Shown here: piece after piece, positions 8,353-16,011 of the stretch | Position numbering within the stretch: the stretch's first letter is position 1 | Layout: every line of letters starts with the position of its first letter | Virus record (IMG/VR): IMGVR_UViG_3300010001_000023 | Span: 108,865-128,864 of that record | Strand: one strand, 5' to 3' | DNA from: an uncultured virus (IMG/VR IMGVR_UViG_3300010001_000023) | Taxonomy: Duplodnaviria > Heunggongvirae > Uroviricota > Caudoviricetes | Length of the DNA: 20,000 nucleotides | The notes under the pieces: generated by a model | Told to the model about the DNA's origin: nothing | Seen by the model: only the letters and a program-made list of their open reading frames with translations | Databases searched by the model: none | Position numbers and translations under genes: made by a program

Positions 8353-8790
8353 CATAGCTCAGAAGCTATCGCAAGTTTTTACTTAACACTCGAAGCAACT
8401 CGATGGTATGTTAAGAAGGATCATCAACTCGTCAGTCAATGATATGTGCTACCACGTATTCTGTACACTAATACTGTAGCTCTACAGGACTTACATCATC
8501 AAAGTATGTTAGTAATCCCCACAGCTTTTTACTTCTACACAAAGTGTAGCCTTCTCTTAAAGAATAAGGAAGGGTTTAATGCGAGCGATTGTCACAAAAA
8601 CAACAATATAATTATAGGTAGCGAACCTATTGGAATCGACTTCTTCCATTCAAGTCTATGACTAAATAGACAACAAAAGTTCCGTCTAGTTTTTCCTCTA
8701 AATAACACTCTTCAACCCTTGCAATAGGAATTACGAAAGAGTATCGGGAGAGTCCACTAGCCTTCACATATACAGTCATTTTTGATAAAG
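8345..8790 (-). ncRNA. Large structured ncRNA, probably ROOL class (boundaries approximate)
   Basis: About 450 nt with no credible ORF and many hairpins, downstream of tRNAs in a Firmicute phage. Ordered segments GAAAAACUAGA, UUGAAUGG...CCAAUAGGUUCGCUACCUAUA, GUACAG...GUGGUAGC and UUAACAUACCAUCGAGUUGCUU...UGUUAAGUAAAAACUUGCGAU resemble ROOL conserved blocks as recalled from memory. No covariance search was run. Confidence 0.7.
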
Positions 8791-8881
8791 GGATACGCTG
8801 TCAAATCCCAACTCAAATTAATTAATGTCATGACTCATTAACTAACTCTACAATTAGTTTAATCTAATTATTTCACTGAAG

Positions 8882-8954
8882 TCAGAATACTAGGATTTGA
8901 ACCTAGACTACTACATCCCAAATGTAGCGTGTTACCAAATTACACTATATTCTG
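8882..8954 (-). tRNA. trnP: tRNA-Pro(UGG), CCA not encoded
   Basis: Cloverleaf CAGAATA / GTGT..ACAC / CTACA-TTTGGGA-TGTAG / CTAGG-TTCAAAT-CCTAG / TATTCTG-A. Confidence 0.95.
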
Positions 8955-9042
8955 TTAATAAAAGCCTACTTGACTAGAGCAGGCACATGGTTAACTAGAC
9001 CTTTGGGATAGGAACAAAAGCAACTAGTAATCTTTTTGGCAA

Positions 9043-9115
9043 TGTGAGATAGCAGAATCGAACTGCTGTAATCCGAACCACAATCGGATGTATTAACCAC
9101 TATACTAATCTCACC
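9043..9115 (-). tRNA. trnH: tRNA-His(GUG), encoded G-1, CCA not encoded
   Basis: Cloverleaf (G)GTGAGAT / GTAT..ATAC / TCCGA-TTGTGGT-TCGGA / AGCAG-TTCGATT-CTGCT / ATCTCAC-A. Confidence 0.93.
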
Positions 9116-9120
9116 ATAAT

Positions 9121-9576
9121 AAAAGCAAACAGGGTGGTCGAGAGCTATCCGTTACAAGGTGGTCATCCAGTGAAGCCAACTTCTTTATAATCACCCTATA
9201 CACTTGACGAGAGTGTTCTGTTTCGGGGTAATAACCACAGTAACCTGTTTACATTCATTAAGCTATATTTAGTGTGGCTGCTTTGCCACCATTACGCTAC
9301 TTTTTCTTTCGGTTAATAACCTGTCTACCTTGAGGACAAAGCATAAAACCCTTTCAAAACCTCCATTAACACTCATAGTAGACGAGCCTTAACTTCATCG
9401 GTTAACTTGAACTCATTGAACAAGTTTAAAACTTTTCGATTTTGGTGAGAATCGAGAACTCGCATTAGATAAAAGCATGATTTTAATAAGCACGAATAGG
9501 AAGGGTATCACCTATCGGGATCAACAGTCAGATATAATGCTTCTGCCGAGCTACACCCAGTGCTTCTTGAGTGTAA
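9121..9576 (-). ncRNA. Cluster of unassigned structured RNA elements between the metallophosphoesterase gene and tRNA-His
   Basis: GC content is above the genomic background and there is no long ORF. Three separately folded domains, with closing helices for two and loop-to-distal complementarities for two (see findings). Confidence 0.5.
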
Positions 9577-9591
9577 TATTATGTATTTAAT

Positions 9592-10797
9592 TTAATTTAA
9601 TTTAATAGTTTTAACAGTATGGACTACACCGAATTTAGTCTTCTCTAAAGTAACTAATTTTTGAGCAGCACCGATACCAAATCTTCCACTAATTGAATAC
9701 TTATCTCCACCAATTAAAGATGGGTTAACAATAACAGTAGAAGTTCCATGAGACTTAGAGTAATCATGATGTGTGTGACCTAAGAACACCCAATTTGGAA
9801 CATATCCAAGCATCTGAGCTAACTTATCACTAGCACTTGCTTGACGATCATTGTCTCCATGCCCAAAGATAGCTTTATCACCAAGTATATTTAATTCAAC
9901 TAATCCATCTTCGTCTTCAAGATAAGTTATATTCTCAAAATTAGATAACCTTGCTTGTGCATACCAAAGAATCATTTTCTCAAAGTTATCTTCTTGAGTA
10001 GCTGCATCTTTTTGTGGACTTGTTCTTCCATGATTTCCCACTATATTAAGGTATGTAACGTTTGGTGTGATACTAGCAACATTTGCAATAAATTCGGCAA
10101 TCAATTCAGAAGCTATCATAACTTGTTTAATTGTATCTTCTTCTGCTTGAACTCTACTTGAAACATGAATTAAACCAGCAATAAAATCTCCCATTCCAGC
10201 TAAAATAACTTTTTGGTGTTTATTTTGTGTGATTTCTTTTAGCGTTTCTTTTAGATAATAATGAACACGTTCTTTGATAACTTCTGTGTTAACGGAGTTT
10301 CGTGAACTATTAACTACTGTTCCTAAATGCCAATCTGACATTAGTACAATTAATTCTTTTTCATCATTTAACTCATTTGGTTCAACAATAAAGTTAGGAT
10401 TAAATTCTAACGCATGAACTACTTCAAAAATCTCGCTTTTAATATGTTCAAATCTACCAGAATAATCTAATAATTTTCTATATTCTCTTCGTTGATCTTG
10501 GAGCATCTTAGTTAAAGCACGATTCTTTTCGTTAAACTTTAATTGCTCACGAGCCATTTCTTCAGCAAAATCCTCTGGTAAGTTAGCTTGTCTTTTCTCT
10601 TCAACTAATTCTTCCCAAACATTTTTATATGCCTGATATTCTTTTCTGAACTTAGATTCATCATAATTAGTTCCATGTTCAGCATTGAGTAAATCAGCAA
10701 TGGCTTGATTAGATAAACCAAGCTCATTACGATTTTCATATAGTCGATATTGATACTCAGATAGCTTCTCATCAGGCTTCCGAGTAATCGTACTCAT
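9592..10797 (-). CDS. Calcineurin-like metallophosphoesterase with an N-terminal HTH/coiled coil (SPbeta YonJ-like)
   Basis: All five metallophosphoesterase motifs are present: SDWHLG, GDFIAG, GNHG, HGD, GHTH. Confidence 0.85.
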   Translation of the reverse strand: MSTITRKPDEKLSEYQYRLYENRNELGLSNQAIADLLNAEHGTNYDESKFRKEYQAYKNVWEELVEEKRQANLPEDFAEEMAREQLKFNEKNRALTKMLQDQRREYRKLLDYSGRFEHIKSEIFEVVHALEFNPNFIVEPNELNDEKELIVLMSDWHLGTVVNSSRNSVNTEVIKERVHYYLKETLKEITQNKHQKVILAGMGDFIAGLIHVSSRVQAEEDTIKQVMIASELIAEFIANVASITPNVTYLNIVGNHGRTSPQKDAATQEDNFEKMILWYAQARLSNFENITYLEDEDGLVELNILGDKAIFGHGDNDRQASASDKLAQMLGYVPNWVFLGHTHHDYSKSHGTSTVIVNPSLIGGDKYSISGRFGIGAAQKLVTLEKTKFGVVHTVKTIKLN

Positions 10798-11000
10798 TAC
10801 TCAGTACCTAACTCGTCTTGAAAGAATTTTTCAGTTTCTTCTTTGATTGTGAGTGATACAATTTTATCATCGAAGCTATGAATCATATCTGAAAAAACAT
10901 GATTTCCAACTTCTTCGCCTTTTGCATTATATTCTGTTACAGTGTTATTTTCTAAATCAATACTACATTTAAGTGATAGTGTGTTTACTGATTTTGCCAT
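10797..11000 (-). CDS. yonK: YonK-family small phage protein
   Basis: 67 aa with the pattern MAK...SLK..IDLEN.TVTE...FD.K.VSLTIKEE. Same order as SPbeta hupN-yonK-yonJ. RBS AAGGAGA. Confidence 0.7.
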   Translation of the reverse strand: MAKSVNTLSLKCSIDLENNTVTEYNAKGEEVGNHVFSDMIHSFDDKIVSLTIKEETEKFFQDELGTE

Positions 11001-11039
11001 GTTATCTTTCTCCTTGTGTTCTCCCGTTTTATATAATTT

Positions 11040-11363
11040 TTATTTTGAAGTTTTTTCTTTTAATGTTTCTTTGAGTTTTGAAGCTAATTTGAATCGTACT
11101 GTTTTATGTGCTGGAGTAGACCATTCTTTACCGTTCAATGCTGACACACCTTGACGTGCATTAACTTCATCAGCTTTAACTGTAACGAAATCTAAACCAA
11201 AAGCATCGTATTCACCTGAAGCAAATCCATCTACTAAACCTTCGATTGTACGAGTATAAGCATCAAAGACTTCTTTAGTTTCTTTCTTTGTGAAATCAAA
11301 TCCAACGCTATTTAATTGTAATTGTAAATCATTCAAAATTTCTTGTTTTGCTAATTTTGCCAT
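11040..11363 (-). CDS. hup: HU-family histone-like DNA-binding protein
   Basis: HU arm motif ARQGVS...GKEWSTPAHKTVRFKLASKLKE. RBS AAAGGAG. Confidence 0.88.
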   Translation of the reverse strand: MAKLAKQEILNDLQLQLNSVGFDFTKKETKEVFDAYTRTIEGLVDGFASGEYDAFGLDFVTVKADEVNARQGVSALNGKEWSTPAHKTVRFKLASKLKETLKEKTSK

Positions 11364-11621
11364 GTTATTTTTTCTCCTTTTAGTCCGTTAAAACTATTCC
11401 TTTTGTATTTGATTGGTTGTATATGTATGTTCTCTATAAGATCTATAGAGATGTGAGGAATCTCTCTACCAATCAAGGGGAGTCCTCACAAAACTTATTA
11501 AGTTATTATGTATAATTTATCTTTAGAAGGCTAGTAAAATAGGGAATCAACAAAGATTGTATTTATTACCCTCTATATATATTACATTTTTAGAAGCAAA
11601 AAGTAGCTTAAAAGTGCGGAT

Positions 11622-13064
11622 TTAACTATTTTCACATTTTCTACACTGACTTCTTAATCCTAATTTCCCTGTAATATCATTTCTAAAATACCTAGAATCT
11701 ACCGCTAATTTAGTTTCTCCACACTTGCTACAAGTTTTATATTGTCCTTTTCTACGTTCAATCCAAATCCAATTTTCCAATTGTTTTTCATATGTATTAA
11801 AAATCTTAGTAGGGATATTATTATTTAACCATTTTGAAAGAGTCATTTTACTAATCTTGAAATCCAATTCTCTCAACAACTCTTCCTGAATCTGTTTATG
11901 TTCAGTGATCCCTGTATCCATTATGTAGTCAATAATTAATTTTTCTTCTTTATTCCACTCAGTGTTATCAAGTAAATTCTTAAAGTCTTCTAATACTGCC
12001 CAGAAACTCGTGTTTGGTTTTTCCTTATACTTCTTCTCAGATTCATAATATCCTTCTAATAGAGCTTTATATGTTTCAATATTCCTGTAACTCAGATGAT
12101 TCCAGCTATCATGTGAAATGGTTTCTTCAATATCGACTACTGGTGTGGCACTTAGTGACCTACTCATATTCTCATCTGCTGTATGCATTTCACCTTTTAA
12201 CCACGAAATTTGTTTAGCTCTTTCTGGAGTAAAAGGTTTTGTTTCTAATAAATTGATCTCATCTTGAAATTGTCTCAAAACAATTGCTTTGAGTTTTGAA
12301 TGTGGTTCATGTGAAACTTTAAAATCTCCATTTAGAAAACCTTCTAATACTTTTAAATCTGTTGGTTTAAATTTAGTATTGCTATATTGCACTAAATTTT
12401 TTTTATCTACAATACCATTATTTTCTTCAATGATTCTTTCTAAGCTAGTTACTTCAAAGTTATCAGGTGAATTTTTCATTCTTACAGCATATGATTTAGG
12501 GATTTCCTTCAATTCAGTTAATCGTTGTTCTTGATACTCTTTTCGTTTGTTCTTTTTAATCTTCTCTAATCGTAGTCTTTCTTTTTTTAATTCTTCGTGT
12601 TCATCTTCTTGTTCCTTATTATCAAAGCGTGCATAGCAGATGAAATCTGCAATAGTTTCTAATGTCTTAGTAAACCCGTTTTCACCTGATAATGGAATAC
12701 CCTTTGTTTTCACTTGTTGATTCATAAATTTATTTGAGCTTACTGTACGAACCGCTGCGTCATCATTAAAAGTTTTTGAAATAGCATCACAACGATCCTT
12801 ACCATACTTTACCCCATAATCACATGCTTCTCTGAATCTTTGCCAAATATCATAAGTGTCTTCAGATGAACCTTCGTGTTTAATTAAATGCGTATGTACT
12901 GAATCAAATCTCAAGAATATCCATAAATTATCTTCGTGTCTCTTAATTTTATTTTCCGTTCCTACAATATCCTTAATTTCACCTAACTGCATTGCCTTTA
13001 ATGTATCTAAAGAGTAGCCTAAAGCTTTCTCGTATTTCGGTAATTCTTCCAGTGTAATCATCAT
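11622..13064 (-). CDS. Putative transcription regulator with a sigma region-4-like HTH and a C-terminal Zn ribbon
   Basis: 480 aa. WNKEEKLIIDYI...HKQIQEEL...ISKMTLSKWL resembles an HTH. CSKC...CRKC at the C-terminus. Sits at the head of the structural gene arm. Confidence 0.55.
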   Translation of the reverse strand: MMITLEELPKYEKALGYSLDTLKAMQLGEIKDIVGTENKIKRHEDNLWIFLRFDSVHTHLIKHEGSSEDTYDIWQRFREACDYGVKYGKDRCDAISKTFNDDAAVRTVSSNKFMNQQVKTKGIPLSGENGFTKTLETIADFICYARFDNKEQEDEHEELKKERLRLEKIKKNKRKEYQEQRLTELKEIPKSYAVRMKNSPDNFEVTSLERIIEENNGIVDKKNLVQYSNTKFKPTDLKVLEGFLNGDFKVSHEPHSKLKAIVLRQFQDEINLLETKPFTPERAKQISWLKGEMHTADENMSRSLSATPVVDIEETISHDSWNHLSYRNIETYKALLEGYYESEKKYKEKPNTSFWAVLEDFKNLLDNTEWNKEEKLIIDYIMDTGITEHKQIQEELLRELDFKISKMTLSKWLNNNIPTKIFNTYEKQLENWIWIERRKGQYKTCSKCGETKLAVDSRYFRNDITGKLGLRSQCRKCENS

Positions 13065-13128
13065 TGTCCTTTTCCATCTCTTTCTATATAATTTGTTTTT
13101 TGTCGGTTTCCCTTTTACCGATATAAGA

Positions 13129-13193
13129 ATTATACCATGAATTCATATTGTGTGTCAACCCCTATTGACTATCTATAATTTATCTAGTATAAT
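13129..13193. promoter_or_regulatory. Back-to-back SigA promoters
   Basis: Minus strand: TTGACA (13158-13153), 18 nt spacer, TGnTATAAT (-10 at 13134-13129). Plus strand: TTGACT (13165-13170), 17 nt spacer, TATAAT (13188-13193). Confidence 0.8.
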
Positions 13194-13249
13194 GATAATA
13201 GTTCTTAAATAAGGACTAAATTTAATAGAGAATAAAAGGAGATTGTTAA

Positions 13250-15529
13250 ATGGAAAAAGTTTATAAGGAATTTGATGAAAGGTTAATTGTTACCAAAGAA
13301 GTGTTTTATAGTGATAACTCTTCATTCGGAGTTTATGGGTTTAAATTTGAAGACGAAGTAAACAAGGAAGTTAAGTTACATCCCATCTATAAAAACTTTA
13401 CAATTGTAGGAACAGTTCCACAATTAGTAGAAGGTAAATCATATATGGTTCATTTTACTGAAGCATATGATGAGAAAAAAGGTGTAGATATTTATAAGTT
13501 CATCAAAGTTAAATCAGATGGAGTCAAAGGTAAAGAAGCAAACCATGCTTTTATTCGTGCTATGCTCACTGATATTCAAGCTGACAATATTATCTTAAAC
13601 TTTTATGATAGAGAAGAATTAGTCAAGGATATTCTTACTGATAAAGTTAACTTAACTCAAGTTGAAGGTATCGGAGAGATTGTAGCGGAAAAAATAAAAT
13701 TGAAACTCAGTGATGTTGATGATTACAGTACAGCAATTATAGAACTCGCCCCGCTTGGAGTTGGAATTAATTCCATTAAAAAATTAGTAGACCACTTTGG
13801 TGATGTTCAAAAACTTTTAGAGGTGTTAAATAAAAATATATATCGGCTAACAGAGGTAGATGGCTTTGGTTTTAAGAAGATAGATAAATTGGCTTTAGAA
13901 TTAGGAATAAGTAAAAATGACCCTCGAAGAATAAAAGCGGGATCAATCTACGTTATCCAAGAATTAGTTAATTTATCTGGGAGTACGAAAATAGATGTAG
14001 AGTTATTTGATAAAAAAATGTGTGATATTTTAGAAGTTGAAGAAGTGGATTCTGAATTATTCACTAAAATTATGAAGGATGAAAGAATCTACTATGACAA
14101 AGGGTTTATCAGCTTGAAGACATATCGAGAAGAAGAATACCAAATCGTACAGAAGCTTAGAAGTATTCGAGACAACTTTAACAGTGAATATTCAGAAGAA
14201 GTAATTACAAATGCTATTACAATGAATGAATTAAAAAATGGATTTAAATTTACAGATGAGCAAAAAGAAGCTATACACAAAGGTATTCAAAATGGAGTCT
14301 TGGTACTAGATGGAGTAGCTGGTGCAGGGAAAAGCAAACTGGTGAAGGTTATTATTGATGTTATCTCTAAACATCTAGCTGTCTCCTTGTCAGGTAAAGC
14401 AGTTAATGTATTATCATTAAACGAAATGACAGCAGCAACTATACATAGAGCATTATCTCGACATATTACCATAGATCCTAAATCAGAGGAATCCTATCTT
14501 GACTATGATATTATTATAGTAGACGAAGCTTCTATGATTGATAACAGTATTTTTAATTGGCTTCTTTCTTATATTACAGATGGTACTCAACTGGTAATAG
14601 TAGGGGATAGTGGTCAATTACCTGCGATTGGTAGAGGTGCTGTTTTCGACTATCTTTTGTCTTCTACAGAGTTCGCTAGAGCCACACTTACTAAAGTTCA
14701 CAGACAAGCTTTAGATAGTGGCACATTAACTGTTGCAAATGAAGTGAGAAAAGGTAATCAATTTAGAAGTTCAAGCGAAACAGGTTTAAAAGTTTTTGGG
14801 AATAACAAAGACTTTTATTATTTTTCATACAATGATAAAACTTTAATCCTTAATGATATTATCCTCACTGTAAAAAAATACATAAGTAACCCTGAGAAAA
14901 ACCTCGATGACATTCAAGTTATTACTGGACTGAAATCAAAAGGTGAATTATCCGTAATGAATCTAAATAAATTATTACAACCAATTTTTAATCCTCCTAA
15001 AGTATCAGATGATGAATTGACTAATTCTAACTATACTTTCCGAGTAGGAGACAGAGTTATTCAACAAGGTAACAATTATAAAGCTAGAATTATGACAAAG
15101 ACTCAGTTTGCAGATTACACAAATGGTTTTGTTAAAATGAACGCTATTCAATTTGAGTCCACTGAAGTCTTTAACGGAACGTTTGGTAAAATTATAGGTT
15201 GTGCTGAAGGATATGGAATGTTAATTGATTTTGAAGGAATTGATGGATTAGTTTTCTATCAGAAAGATGAAGATGATGACGAAATAGGAGTATTAGATTT
15301 AGGTTATGCAATCACTTGTCATCGTTCACAGGGTTCAGGATTTAAAACTTTAATTATTGCAGTTACATATAACGACTATATGTTGTTAAGTCGTCAATTC
15401 TTATATACTGCCTTAACTCGTACTATAGATCAATGCTTCCTCTTCGGAGAATCCAAAGCTGTACAATATGCCATTAAAACTGATAAAGGCAAAAATAGAA
15501 AATGTTTTATTGGTGAGTTTCTTAAATAA
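13250..15529 (+). CDS. recD2: RecD2-like SF1B ATP-dependent DNA helicase
   Basis: HhH motifs (VEGIG, VDGFGFK), Walker A GVAGAGKS, ATIHR, DEASM, GDSGQLPAIG, HRQ, VFNG, YAITCHRSQGS and LYTALTR. Confidence 0.93.
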   Translation: MEKVYKEFDERLIVTKEVFYSDNSSFGVYGFKFEDEVNKEVKLHPIYKNFTIVGTVPQLVEGKSYMVHFTEAYDEKKGVDIYKFIKVKSDGVKGKEANHAFIRAMLTDIQADNIILNFYDREELVKDILTDKVNLTQVEGIGEIVAEKIKLKLSDVDDYSTAIIELAPLGVGINSIKKLVDHFGDVQKLLEVLNKNIYRLTEVDGFGFKKIDKLALELGISKNDPRRIKAGSIYVIQELVNLSGSTKIDVELFDKKMCDILEVEEVDSELFTKIMKDERIYYDKGFISLKTYREEEYQIVQKLRSIRDNFNSEYSEEVITNAITMNELKNGFKFTDEQKEAIHKGIQNGVLVLDGVAGAGKSKLVKVIIDVISKHLAVSLSGKAVNVLSLNEMTAATIHRALSRHITIDPKSEESYLDYDIIIVDEASMIDNSIFNWLLSYITDGTQLVIVGDSGQLPAIGRGAVFDYLLSSTEFARATLTKVHRQALDSGTLTVANEVRKGNQFRSSSETGLKVFGNNKDFYYFSYNDKTLILNDIILTVKKYISNPEKNLDDIQVITGLKSKGELSVMNLNKLLQPIFNPPKVSDDELTNSNYTFRVGDRVIQQGNNYKARIMTKTQFADYTNGFVKMNAIQFESTEVFNGTFGKIIGCAEGYGMLIDFEGIDGLVFYQKDEDDDEIGVLDLGYAITCHRSQGSGFKTLIIAVTYNDYMLLSRQFLYTALTRTIDQCFLFGESKAVQYAIKTDKGKNRKCFIGEFLK

Positions 15530-15563
15530 ATTATAAAAAAATTAGTTCTTAGGGTCTTGAAAT

Positions 15564-15720
15564 TGCTGACGCAATTCCGCTTAGTGCTTCACATTAACGC
15601 TACGCTTATAATGTTCATCACATAGAAAGAATCTTCACGAACGACTTTTATGAAGCGTAGCGAATAAAACAAAGTTCAAGCGGAATGTAGCGTAGCGAAA
15701 TGAGCATGAGCGATAGCGAC
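15564..15720. other. Imperfect palindrome with AGCGTAGCGA repeats, resembling a single-strand origin or priming signal
   Basis: CGCTACGCTT (15598-15607) pairs with AAGCGTAGCG (15653-15662). ATTCCGCTT (15574-15582) pairs with AAGCGGAAT (15678-15686). TAGCG(T/A) is repeated. Confidence 0.5.
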
Positions 15721-15783
15721 ACTTTCAAAAAAATAAATCATAGGTAAATAGGCTTGAGCCTTACAGCCACAAGGGATTGAGCA

Positions 15784-15969
15784 AAAATAGTATAGATTTG
15801 AAGGATACATAGGGTTTATATTATTACCTATGAGGGGTTCAAACCTATACTAATTTTTTAAAATTGCCTTGTTCCACTAGGGAAAAATGGACTAAAAACA
15901 GGAGAAAAAAATATGGGACATTATTAATACTATAATATAATACCTTTAGTGCAATTAAAGTCCCATATT
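15784..15969. repeat. Two long inverted repeats upstream of the 424-aa gene
   Basis: AAAATAGTATAGATTTGAA (15784-15802) with TTCAAACCTATACTAATTTT (15838-15857). AATATGGGAC (15910-15919) with GTCCCATATT (15960-15969). Confidence 0.75.
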
Positions 15970-16011
15970 ATTTTTACTAAAATTTAAATAAAAACAAGAC
16001 AGGAGAAAATT

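Noticed and set aside
8446..8661. 71-aa plus-strand ORF in the RNA island
   Set aside because: No RBS, opposite to all neighbours, and overlaps the structured ncRNA.
8770..8805. Minus-strand TTGACA as a promoter for the large ncRNA
   Set aside because: No acceptable -10 box at 16-18 nt, and the hexamer lies in a hairpin loop.
8428..9211. 7-nt complementarity CUCGUCA/UGACGAG between the 9121-9252 domain loop and the ROOL-like RNA
   Set aside because: Short enough to arise by chance, and partly buried in a hairpin stem.
9300..9410. Hammerhead ribozyme (CCGAUGA...GAAA)
   Set aside because: The core is CCGAUGA rather than CUGAUGA, and it sits in a hairpin loop without the required three-helix junction.
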